Source: an uncultured Desulfobacter sp. (GTDB lineage Bacteria; Desulfobacterota; Desulfobacteria; Desulfobacterales; Desulfobacteraceae). From it: DNA of 64,000 nt. Below, one piece after another: positions 43,454-52,060 of this stretch. The notes under the pieces are model-generated. The model worked only from the letters and a program-made list of their open reading frames with translations, was not told the DNA's origin and searched no databases. Position numbers and translations under genes: made by a program. Location of the stretch: contig OY762069.1 of the NCBI GenBank assembly GCA_963665095.1, forward strand, positions 2,240,001-2,304,000. Reading direction: 5' to 3'. Each line of letters opens with the position of its first letter. Within the stretch, counting starts at the first letter, position 1.

Positions 43454-44752
43454 ATGAAAGATGATTTAACAGAAGATACAAAAGCGATCACCCTGCTCTG
43501 CGGTGTGCTGGGAAGTGATTCCCAGGTAAAACCCCTGTCACTGACAGAATACTCAACCATGGCAAAATGGCTGATGGGCAAGGGGATGCGCCCCGGCGAC
43601 CTGCTGCAGAAAGAAATTATTGCCAACGCATCCCAGGGGAGCGGGATTGATCAGCAGCGGCTGGAATCCCTGATCAGCAGGGGGGGGCAGCTTGGATTTG
43701 CGGTGGAAGAGTGGCAGCGCAACGGGATCTTTCTTCTGAGCAGAAGCGACAGCGACTATCCTGCCCGCTACAAACAGCACCTTAAAGACAAGGCCCCGCC
43801 ACTGTTGTTCGGTGCTGGAAACCGTGGGTTGCTCAGCGGGGGCGGACTGGCTGTTGTGGGGTCCCGCAATGTGGACCAGACAGGGGAAGACTTTACCCGC
43901 AAGGCAGCAGAATTTTGCGCGTATAATAACATGCCTGTTGTTTCAGGCGGCGCCCGGGGGGTTGACCAGGTTTCCATGACAGCCGCCCTTGAAGCCGGTG
44001 GTGTGACCATCGGTGTTCTTGCCGACACGCTTTTGAAAAAAAGCCTGGAACGTAAAAACCGCAAAGCCATTGCCGACGGACGTCTTCTGCTGCTGTCGCC
44101 CTATCACCCCAATGCCCGGTTTACCGTGGGAACTGCCATGGGCAGAAACAAGCTGATTTATGCCATGGCCGATTATTGCCTGGTTGTCAGTGCCGAACAT
44201 AAAAAAGGCGGCACCTGGGCCGGTGCCCAGGAGGAACTCAAACGAAAAGAGCCGCTTCCCGTCTTTGTCCGGACGGGTGATAATATCCCGCCGGGCAACA
44301 GCAAACTTCTGGACCTTGGTGCCATACCATGGCCCTGTCCTGTTGACCGGGATAACTTCAGAAAGCAGCTGCAGGATCTGGCCGACAGGGTGAACAGGCC
44401 GGGGGCAGGGCCGGATCTCTTTGGTTCAAAGGCTCTGCAGAAGACGACTCCGCCGGATGAAGCGCCACAGGAGGTCGTTGAGCATGAGGAGGTCACGCCT
44501 CCATCTGCTGAACCGGAAGTTAAAAATCAGGAGACGCCCTCTACAGTTTATCAGGCTGTTTTACCGCTCATTTTAAAAAAACTGGCAACCCCAACCAACG
44601 CAGACGAACTGACCAGGACCCTGGATGTAAACAAAACACAGCTCAATGCCTGGCTGAAAAGGGCTGTGCAGGAAAACAAAATCAAAAAAATGTCAAACCC
44701 GGTGCGCTATAAAAGGGCTGAATCCGGAACCCAGGGGCAATTCTGGCAATAG
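43454..44752 (+). CDS. DprA/Smf-like SLOG protein, RqlI-like
   Basis: YPARYK...APPLLFG, AVVGSR, VSGGARGVD, RNKLIY, GGTWAGA; C-terminal wHTH. Confidence 0.88.
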   Translation: MKDDLTEDTKAITLLCGVLGSDSQVKPLSLTEYSTMAKWLMGKGMRPGDLLQKEIIANASQGSGIDQQRLESLISRGGQLGFAVEEWQRNGIFLLSRSDSDYPARYKQHLKDKAPPLLFGAGNRGLLSGGGLAVVGSRNVDQTGEDFTRKAAEFCAYNNMPVVSGGARGVDQVSMTAALEAGGVTIGVLADTLLKKSLERKNRKAIADGRLLLLSPYHPNARFTVGTAMGRNKLIYAMADYCLVVSAEHKKGGTWAGAQEELKRKEPLPVFVRTGDNIPPGNSKLLDLGAIPWPCPVDRDNFRKQLQDLADRVNRPGAGPDLFGSKALQKTTPPDEAPQEVVEHEEVTPPSAEPEVKNQETPSTVYQAVLPLILKKLATPTNADELTRTLDVNKTQLNAWLKRAVQENKIKKMSNPVRYKRAESGTQGQFWQ

Positions 44753-44772
44753 ATTCGTGAATAATTATTGCA

Positions 44773-44812
44773 GACAGTCTGTGCCCTGTCTCGAGTCAGG
44801 GCGCAGACTGTC
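44773..44812. terminator. Hairpin between convergent dprA-like and csx1 genes
   Basis: GACAGTCTGTGCCCTG-N8-CAGGGCGCAGACTGTC. Confidence 0.6.
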
Positions 44813-46079
44813 AGAAGAATCCTTCCTTATCAAGTGCGGCAACAATATCTTCAAGTTTTTTAAAAAATGTATTTCCCTTTTTCATGATGCCCTTTCTTGC
44901 CTCTTTTTTGCTTGTCCAGGCATGGTCAAATCCATTGCGATATGCGATCAGATCCTGGGTGATTTTTTTCATTTTTGAGATAATTTTTTTGTCCTCCATA
45001 CACTCAAAAATCTGGAGGAGCGCCTGGTGATGGACTAAACGGTTGCCGATGAAGTTCCACTCAGTTTTTTTTACCTGGAGCATATTAATGAATACATCGG
45101 CCCGCTGCCGTTGGTCTCGCCTATCTTTATCGGTCATTTCCGGAGTTTCATTCTCCCGGATAAGCCCGAAAGACCCCAGCATCTCCCGCATTACCGTATA
45201 TGCCTGCATGAACAGTTTATGTTCAAGCAGCAGGCGGACAATCTCCAGCTGAATTTTGAAATAATCGTGATCATACCGTCCTGAAAAGGTTTTCTCAAAT
45301 ACCAGTGACACGAATTTTTCTTTGACCAGATCAAACAGAATTTTTCCGGTTATGCTTGCGTCGTTTTCCCTTTCGCGGACAATTTTCAATGCCCTGGACG
45401 CTTTTTGGGATACATTGTGAATATCAACGTTTTTCAATGCACCCGTAAGCTCCTGGAAAGCACTGATCAGTTCGGGGTCATTGAATTCATCCAGCTTGCC
45501 TGTTGCCTCTTTTTCCGCCACCAGGGCTAATCTTCCCGGATCTGCATCTTCCACCAGACGGGATACGGCATCAGTCCATTCATTGATCACATAAAAATCT
45601 TTCATATCAACAATGGGCGACAGCTCTTTATTGCTTTCATAAGCGCCGTAGTACACTGCTTTAAGCCGAACATCTTTGGCTTTCTGCAGAAAATTCAAGG
45701 CCGTGGAAAATACAATGGGGATTATTCTGTATCCATGGGTCATATCCACATACAGTTCATCCCCATGATCGATATGGGTCAGGATCTCTTCAAACCAGGA
45801 CCACTGATCTTCAGGGTCAAGGTTTTCGGTGATGTTAACCTCATTGATATCATTAATCCCTATTTTTAAAAGTTCCTGTTTAAGTCGATCAAAATGCTTT
45901 TTCCTGGAAGTCTGGGTCATAACCAGAAAAATTCGGTCAAAAAAACCGGGGCCTGCAAGCTGCAGCTCGGCAAACTGGACATAATCTGAAGGATCGGCTT
46001 TTTTCCCACTGATATGATAAACCGCTGGTTTATAATCACCTGCACCAAGAAAACTGATGTATATCTGTCTCATGCTCAA
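44811..46079 (-). CDS. csx1: Csx1/Csm6-type CARF-HEPN ribonuclease (TM1812 family), copy 2
   Basis: ISFLG, DMTHGYR and YYGAYE CARF motifs; HEPN RNGFDH. Confidence 0.9.
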   Translation of the reverse strand: MSMRQIYISFLGAGDYKPAVYHISGKKADPSDYVQFAELQLAGPGFFDRIFLVMTQTSRKKHFDRLKQELLKIGINDINEVNITENLDPEDQWSWFEEILTHIDHGDELYVDMTHGYRIIPIVFSTALNFLQKAKDVRLKAVYYGAYESNKELSPIVDMKDFYVINEWTDAVSRLVEDADPGRLALVAEKEATGKLDEFNDPELISAFQELTGALKNVDIHNVSQKASRALKIVRERENDASITGKILFDLVKEKFVSLVFEKTFSGRYDHDYFKIQLEIVRLLLEHKLFMQAYTVMREMLGSFGLIRENETPEMTDKDRRDQRQRADVFINMLQVKKTEWNFIGNRLVHHQALLQIFECMEDKKIISKMKKITQDLIAYRNGFDHAWTSKKEARKGIMKKGNTFFKKLEDIVAALDKEGFF

Positions 46080-46090
46080 CCCCTTAAAAA

Positions 46091-48196
46091 TTATCCATAC
46101 GAAAATGGAAATATTGAATCATGGTTCTCCCTGACATAAGCCAGGGCCTGATAAAAGTCGCGGTCGTAGAGAAAAAAGAAATGGTCCGGGTTCAGCTGCC
46201 GGGAAGCGTCTTTGATCTGTATTTCCAGCGACGGCAGGCGGGACGCAAACTCATGTGCCGGACTCAGATGCTGCAAAAAGGCCAGGGGCTTGAGCGCCAT
46301 GATGGCAATGGCAGGGCCGCAGGAGGGTTCAAGGCAGATGGCAAGACTTTTTTCCAGAAACCGTACGGCTGTTCCCCGGTCGTCCACCTGCAAAGCTGCC
46401 CGGCCCAGATTGAAACAGGCCAGCTGCCAGGGATGTTCCGGCCGGCATGCCGCAGCAAGACTCGAAGCCGTCGTAAAATAGAGCGGCTCAAAATTCCGGG
46501 GGCCGGATGCGGATAGAAAGCGGCACAGAAGGGTCATCTGCCATTTGTTGAATTCAGGCAGTTTTTCAGGGACAGCGTTCAGGTCCGGGACCCCCAGGAA
46601 TGTTTCAAGGCAACACAGCGCCCCGTCCATATCCCCGGCACAGAGCCGGGCCAGTGTCAGGTAGCTGTACTGCCGCATCCATTCAGATTTGAACTCGGAT
46701 GAGACCTCTTCCCCCAGGGTCTTTCTGGCTTTCAGGGAAAGATCTTCTGTCTGCCGGATAAAACCGGGTCCGCAGAACGCCGAATTCTGGACCAGGGTTC
46801 CGTAAAGTTTGCCAAGGGTCAGATCCACCCGGCAACCGAACGCCTGCTGAAGATCGTACCGTTTTTCCAGGAATTGAAGCACCTGCCCGAGGGTCGGGGG
46901 AAGATCCGGTGAAAACTCATACCGGTTATGGGCCGACACCAGGAGATGGTTGAAAAAATCCGCCACCAGGCTGATGTCCAGTTTCAGCACCTGTTCGACG
47001 ATGTCCATTCCCCGGTCCACCCATTCCCGGGCCGGCAGGATCAGGCCCTGATGGTTGGCCAGGCCCAGGCGGGCTGTGATCCACCTCAGGCACGCCACAG
47101 GCCATGCCCCGGGCAGATCCCGGGGAGCAAGCGCAGCCAGGGCCTGTGCCCTGCCAGGCTGGAAATCATCAACCATGTCGCCAAATTTCCGGGAAAACCG
47201 GTCGAACAGTTCTGAGTCGTCAAAAATCCGGGCCAGAAGTTTTTTGACAAGTTCACTTTCCTGTTCAATCCATCCCCCGGGCATACTGTCCATTCTGCTG
47301 ATAAATGTCCCAGGCTCCTGGAGCGCCCGGGAAAAAACAAAAAGCAGGTTGTCCTGCCGGCCGGAGTAAAGCGAGGCCATGGTCCAGCTTTCGGCAAATC
47401 CGCGCACCGCCACAAGGTCTGCGGCATTCTGGGCAGAAGAAGCCCCCCTGTCCGCCGGAATGACGATGCATTTACATCCCCGGGAACGGGCAGCCCCTAT
47501 TTTCAAATCCAGATGCCCCACAACGCTGACCCGTCCCTCATCATCCAGGCATCCCGTGGCAATCAAGGCGGTTGAGACAGGGTGCCTTCGTGCCAGACTC
47601 ATGAATCCGATCCCCAATGCCAGGGCCGCTGACCCTCCCCGGAACTGAACCGTTCCATTGGCCGGCGCCATGGGAAACAGGACAAACCTGCGGCCTGAAG
47701 GGTCCGGGCCGCAGTGACGGACCAGATGTTCCGCTATAGCCGCAGATTCCCGGAACCTTTCGTCCATAATCTGCCCTGCCCATTCAGGAATAAACAGCCC
47801 CTGGCCTGCCAGCGGCGCAAGGCCGGCGGCAAACCATGCCACCCGGGCGGAGCCCGCGTCGGCAACGAGAATGGGAATCCGTATCCAGTCCCCCTGGATC
47901 AGTGCCCTGAAGTCAGGACACAGCACCTCATCCGGCCGGGTATTTTGAACCAGGAACCTCTCAACCCAGGCCGGGGGATGCGCTTCAATCAGAAAAGAGG
48001 CCCACAAAGAGCAGTGGAATAAATTCCTTAAAGGGCCATGTTCCACCTGCCGCTCAATCCTTTCAAAAGCCTGCCGGAATCCATCCTGCGCCATGTCGCA
48101 CCAGGGGACCCAGGCCATTTCCGATATCACTGACTGGAAATGGGGCATGAATTTTTCAGCGGCAAAGGCCATATTCTCAATGGTGTTCAGGGGCAT
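46091..48196 (-). CDS. Lon-type (S16) Ser-Lys protease domain protein with long helical/TPR-like C-terminus
   Basis: GGS189AALA...ATG...VGHLDLK232IGAA; Lys exactly 43 residues after Ser as in Lon; no AAA+ module seen. Confidence 0.8.
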   Translation of the reverse strand: MPLNTIENMAFAAEKFMPHFQSVISEMAWVPWCDMAQDGFRQAFERIERQVEHGPLRNLFHCSLWASFLIEAHPPAWVERFLVQNTRPDEVLCPDFRALIQGDWIRIPILVADAGSARVAWFAAGLAPLAGQGLFIPEWAGQIMDERFRESAAIAEHLVRHCGPDPSGRRFVLFPMAPANGTVQFRGGSAALALGIGFMSLARRHPVSTALIATGCLDDEGRVSVVGHLDLKIGAARSRGCKCIVIPADRGASSAQNAADLVAVRGFAESWTMASLYSGRQDNLLFVFSRALQEPGTFISRMDSMPGGWIEQESELVKKLLARIFDDSELFDRFSRKFGDMVDDFQPGRAQALAALAPRDLPGAWPVACLRWITARLGLANHQGLILPAREWVDRGMDIVEQVLKLDISLVADFFNHLLVSAHNRYEFSPDLPPTLGQVLQFLEKRYDLQQAFGCRVDLTLGKLYGTLVQNSAFCGPGFIRQTEDLSLKARKTLGEEVSSEFKSEWMRQYSYLTLARLCAGDMDGALCCLETFLGVPDLNAVPEKLPEFNKWQMTLLCRFLSASGPRNFEPLYFTTASSLAAACRPEHPWQLACFNLGRAALQVDDRGTAVRFLEKSLAICLEPSCGPAIAIMALKPLAFLQHLSPAHEFASRLPSLEIQIKDASRQLNPDHFFFLYDRDFYQALAYVRENHDSIFPFSYG

Positions 48197-48205
48197 ACCG
48201 GAAGG

Positions 48206-49348
48206 TCACTCCTCATAATGAACTATGAAAAGCGCCAGTTTTTCAGACGGCGCAAGGGGGCGCTCAAATACAGCAATGAACTGTTCTGTATTTTTGTCCC
48301 AGTGCCAGTTGCAGGCCATCAGTATTTTGCTTTTGCTGTCTTTTATATAACATTGAAATGCATCCTCCGGGATGTCCGCAGGCAGGTCCCGGATAATTCC
48401 GCTCACCGACCAGGAGGTCCGGGTATCAGCCGTATGAAGAATCCGGCATTCAACAGGCCTGACATCCTGCATACCGGCCCGGTTAAAGGAAAAATAGGCT
48501 GCGGTCAGTACTGGCTCGTCATCAACAGCTGCGGCCCATGGCAGGAGATGGTCGGGAAACCTTAGAACCGCCATGCACTCTTCAATATTTTGAGGTGTCC
48601 AGTCCCAGGAGATGCCGGTAACTTTTTCCTCGAGTTCTTTTTTCAACGCGTCAAGACTGATGGGAATAACCGGTGTTCCGGTCTTTGCCATAAGCTGCCG
48701 GCCCGCCATGGCAGAAAAGGTATATCCGGTTTCCAGCTCAATTTCCCTGAAATAGATCCTGGGGTCATCGGGCTGCAGCGGCATGGTCTTTATGGCCCAC
48801 CGGGGCAGATAATCCGGGCAGCGGTCCATCTCCAGCACACTGTCTGCCACCTCACGGTCCAGTGTACAAAGGCACGGTCCCAGAAAGTCCTTTGCCAGGG
48901 AGTAGATATTCCAGGTCTCTATGAACAACCCGGACATTTCTTTGCACATCTTTTGCGGCAGGATCAGGTCTCCGGGTCCTGCCAGGGTTAAATCCCGCCA
49001 GATCTGGGCCGCCAGCACACAATCGGTATCAGGGTCCACCTGAAGCACAACCACCTCCGGCGGCGTGTAAAAACAATTGTCCCGCCAGCAGGCCAGGCCA
49101 GGGTCCAGGACACGCACCTGTCCGGGGACCGGCGGTGGACAATCCAGCCCCCGGGGCAACCCGGCCGCAAACCTGTCGGAAAACAGTTCAAACGCCTCTT
49201 TTTCATCTTTCAGGACCGTGCTGCAAAAGGGGCAGACCGCCAGGTGGTTTTTGACCTGCTCAGCGAACCCGGGATCATTCTTCACCTTTAAAGGGGGACA
49301 GGTTCTAAGCTGTTTTGCCAGGGCCAGGGCCTGTTTTCTGGTATACAT
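48206..49348 (-). CDS. Putative anti-sigma factor (N-terminal HxxxCxxC zinc motif; CalpT-like middle domain)
   Basis: HLAVCPFC ZAS-type motif; PVPGQVR...VVVLQV...AGPGDLIL...IETWN; lies directly downstream of the sigma-like gene. Confidence 0.6.
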   Translation of the reverse strand: MYTRKQALALAKQLRTCPPLKVKNDPGFAEQVKNHLAVCPFCSTVLKDEKEAFELFSDRFAAGLPRGLDCPPPVPGQVRVLDPGLACWRDNCFYTPPEVVVLQVDPDTDCVLAAQIWRDLTLAGPGDLILPQKMCKEMSGLFIETWNIYSLAKDFLGPCLCTLDREVADSVLEMDRCPDYLPRWAIKTMPLQPDDPRIYFREIELETGYTFSAMAGRQLMAKTGTPVIPISLDALKKELEEKVTGISWDWTPQNIEECMAVLRFPDHLLPWAAAVDDEPVLTAAYFSFNRAGMQDVRPVECRILHTADTRTSWSVSGIIRDLPADIPEDAFQCYIKDSKSKILMACNWHWDKNTEQFIAVFERPLAPSEKLALFIVHYEE

Positions 49349-49362
49349 GGAAACTTCCTTTA

Positions 49363-50409
49363 TTATAATTCTTCAGTAAGCCTGAGTCCTGCGCCAAGCT
49401 TCCGGCAAAGAGTGAGAAGAAAAAAGTCAAAATCTTTTGGGTCCTGCCCGTCCCCCTCATATTCGGGAGAGACCCAGTCCAGGGCACGCAAAAAGGATTT
49501 CAGCTTTTCCCGGATCAGATCCCGCGAATAGGAAAGGGTGGACTTTCTGCCCATCAGCTCGGAAACCTCTTTATGCCGGAGGCCTTCGCACTCAAAATAG
49601 AAAAATACTTTTCGCTCCTTTTCTTTGAGCAGATGATAGAAATTGCCGGCCCAGGCAGATAAAAGCCCTTTTTTCACATCATCGCCGGACTCATGTGCGG
49701 GCAGATCAAACAACGGGTCAGGCTGATCATTATCCCCGCCGGTCCCCGGGTAGAGGTCTATCCCGGACTGCAGATCAACATACCGGCCGGTCCATGCCAT
49801 AAAATCCAGAATATCGATGCAGACACCGGGGTCACCGGCAAGACTGGCAGCGGCACGCCAGAAATGCCCGGCCAGGGCCAGGATATTTTTCCGGGTGTTG
49901 ATGTGCTGAAACTGGGCGGTCATATCTGCAGGAAAGGCAATGGACAAAAGGTCCTCACCCAGCACCAGGGTGGCTGGCGGCTGGTCTGACATGGAGAACA
50001 CTATTTTTTTCAAAGGGTCTTCTTTCCTGAAAAATTCAGGAGATTCGCCCAGGACGTCAAGCACATGACGATAAAACAGCCGCCAGGTATCTTTATGGAT
50101 ATCCTGGTTTCCCTCTTTCCCCCTGGACCTGTCGATCATCCGGTGCCAGAGAAACTGCCGGACTTTTATCAGGCATGCGGGCCGGCCTGAGATCAGTTCG
50201 GCCAGCATGGGTTCATCATTGAGCAGGAACACCATCAGCTCCTGCCGGATATCAGCCGGATCAATCCGGTCAGGAGAGAACCCGGACAGCCCCAGGCGGG
50301 ATATTTTCATTCTGTTGAATACAGCCGCCACCAGTTTGTCAACGGCCCTGATATTGGCCGGTTCTGAAAGCCAGGCCTGGAACTGCTGATTCAGTTTCGG
50401 ATTAACCAT
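49363..50409 (-). CDS. ECF sigma-70-like factor with a large internal insertion
   Basis: Region 2-like DIRQELMVFLL and HRMIDRSR; region 4-like LKEKERKVFFYFECEGLRHKEVSELMG. Confidence 0.65.
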   Translation of the reverse strand: MVNPKLNQQFQAWLSEPANIRAVDKLVAAVFNRMKISRLGLSGFSPDRIDPADIRQELMVFLLNDEPMLAELISGRPACLIKVRQFLWHRMIDRSRGKEGNQDIHKDTWRLFYRHVLDVLGESPEFFRKEDPLKKIVFSMSDQPPATLVLGEDLLSIAFPADMTAQFQHINTRKNILALAGHFWRAAASLAGDPGVCIDILDFMAWTGRYVDLQSGIDLYPGTGGDNDQPDPLFDLPAHESGDDVKKGLLSAWAGNFYHLLKEKERKVFFYFECEGLRHKEVSELMGRKSTLSYSRDLIREKLKSFLRALDWVSPEYEGDGQDPKDFDFFLLTLCRKLGAGLRLTEEL

Positions 50410-50439
50410 ATTGTGTTCACCTGCCTTTAATAATCATAC

Positions 50440-50907
50440 TTACGAGTCAATGGAGCGTACAGCATCCTGAGGGATCTCCCCTTTGAATACGAGTTTGAGG
50501 GCTTCTGACGGCGGCATGTTGAACCGGAACCGGTCAATGATATAACAGGTTTTCTTCATGACGTACCCGGTATGAATCAGGGCAGTGCCCCTGTCCACCC
50601 ATTTGCGGTTGTTACGCCCCGAGGATGAGCAGGGACAGGCGGCAAACCCGATACCGCCGGCCACCGGCTTCAGGGCAAAAACAGGGTGGGTCCCCTCAGG
50701 ATCTGCCTTGGCCGGAAAATTCCCCCGGGTAAGGGTTTTAAACATCTGGTTGGGGCCGCCCATGAAAAAGAAATTTTCCCGCCACTGGGCCAGGGGCAGA
50801 TGAACGCCGTCCACCAGAACAAGGTCAAGGTCTGTTTGCGCACTTAAGGATCGGCGCGGTTTTTCCCAGATGGCATCAAAGGTCAGACGAGATTTTTTTT
50901 TATCCAT
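50440..50907 (-). CDS. Hypothetical protein, possible PemK/MazF-like fold
   Basis: THPVFAL...AACPCSS resembles the MazF RPxLV...VxPxT(T/S) pattern; first gene of the operon. Confidence 0.45.
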   Translation of the reverse strand: MDKKKSRLTFDAIWEKPRRSLSAQTDLDLVLVDGVHLPLAQWRENFFFMGGPNQMFKTLTRGNFPAKADPEGTHPVFALKPVAGGIGFAACPCSSSGRNNRKWVDRGTALIHTGYVMKKTCYIIDRFRFNMPPSEALKLVFKGEIPQDAVRSIDS

Positions 50908-51006
50908 TTCCGGTTGCCTCCAGCATGATCAATGTCTTTCGGGATAAAATATCTGCTGTTTTATTCTATTATACGGAACCGAACAAGCTGATTTTCAAAA
51001 AGTCCT

Positions 51007-51693
51007 CTACAGGCTGATTTTACGCCTGGCCTGATTGGCCTCGCCTTTTAAAATATCCTCTGAAATCCGGGAAAAGGCTTTTTCACAGGTTTGAAAATCC
51101 GGCGCGCTGATCCAATTGATTGAGTTAAACTGTTCAACCGGGAACAGACGAAGCATCCGGCTGACTTCAATGGGCTCAACCCAGAGATCCTTTTCCCTTG
51201 CTTCTGCGATGATCTCTTTCCAGTAGAAATCATAGGCATTTGAGATAAAAAGAATGTCCGCATAATCCTTTGGTTCCATCCTGCTCAGTGCGCACAGTTT
51301 GTTTGAAAGAATATTGCGCCAGTCATCTATGTTCCCAAACCCTTCCTGATTGGTGATGCCGCCAAAATGAGCAGCCACATCATTGACCATATCAATTTTC
51401 AGGATAATATTTTCTTTTTCTACAAACAGCCGGACAAAAGATTCCTCAACTATTGAGGGGGTGCTCTTGTAAGGCATGCGGTCCAGGCAGGATAAGATCA
51501 CCTTGCATTGCTTTTTAAACTCTGGATGGTTATTTACAAAAAAGTCCAGATCATCTGAATACCGGTGACCAAGGTAGCATCGGCCTAACGCTGTTCCACC
51601 GGTCAAATAAAAATCCGTGTTCAGGAATTGGATTTTTTTCAGAATTTCATCCTGAAAAGGATACAGTTTATGGGAATAATATTTGTCTGGCAT
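51007..51693 (-). CDS. AbiEii/AbiGii-family nucleotidyltransferase
   Basis: FYLTGGTAL...HRYSDDLDFF; NKLCAL.R.EPKDYAD. Confidence 0.85.
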   Translation of the reverse strand: MPDKYYSHKLYPFQDEILKKIQFLNTDFYLTGGTALGRCYLGHRYSDDLDFFVNNHPEFKKQCKVILSCLDRMPYKSTPSIVEESFVRLFVEKENIILKIDMVNDVAAHFGGITNQEGFGNIDDWRNILSNKLCALSRMEPKDYADILFISNAYDFYWKEIIAEAREKDLWVEPIEVSRMLRLFPVEQFNSINWISAPDFQTCEKAFSRISEDILKGEANQARRKISL

Positions 51694-51958
51694 ATCTGTA
51701 TTTATCTATTCGAGTTTTGGGAAACAAGTCGGTTAAAATTTCATCGGACAATGCCTTTTTCAAAGTTTCCTCTGGAAGAAGGGATATCAGGGTATACCAG
51801 TCAAAAGTAGATAAGAGTTTGATATAAATACTTTTGGAAGAAATAAGGGGAATACTGTCTATTTCACCATTGATAAAAGAATTCAGGCTGTCCAGGTCAA
51901 TTTTTTTGTCCCAGAAAGCTTTTTTAAGAATTTGTTTTCTTTCATCAGTCGTATACAT
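51668..51958 (-). CDS. Small partner (putative antitoxin) of the nucleotidyltransferase
   Basis: 96 aa, AFWD motif, overlaps the NTase start. Confidence 0.6.
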   Translation of the reverse strand: MYTTDERKQILKKAFWDKKIDLDSLNSFINGEIDSIPLISSKSIYIKLLSTFDWYTLISLLPEETLKKALSDEILTDLFPKTRIDKYRYARQILFP

Positions 51959-51987
51959 TTTAAATATCTATCCTTAATTATTCTTAA

Positions 51988-52017
51988 ACTATACCAGATG
52001 GCGTTTCAGGTTGACAA
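51988..52017 (-). promoter_or_regulatory. Putative sigma70 promoter of the NTase pair
   Basis: TTGTCA-N18-TATAGT with TG extension on the minus strand. Confidence 0.45.
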
Positions 52018-52060
52018 GTTTCCTGATGGGCCTGGAAAAGTGAAACTTCACGATCCATTC

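Noticed and set aside
50440..50907. 155-aa ORF as the missing csx19
   Set aside because: No recognisable Csx19 features and it lies outside the effector operon; cannot be excluded without an HMM search
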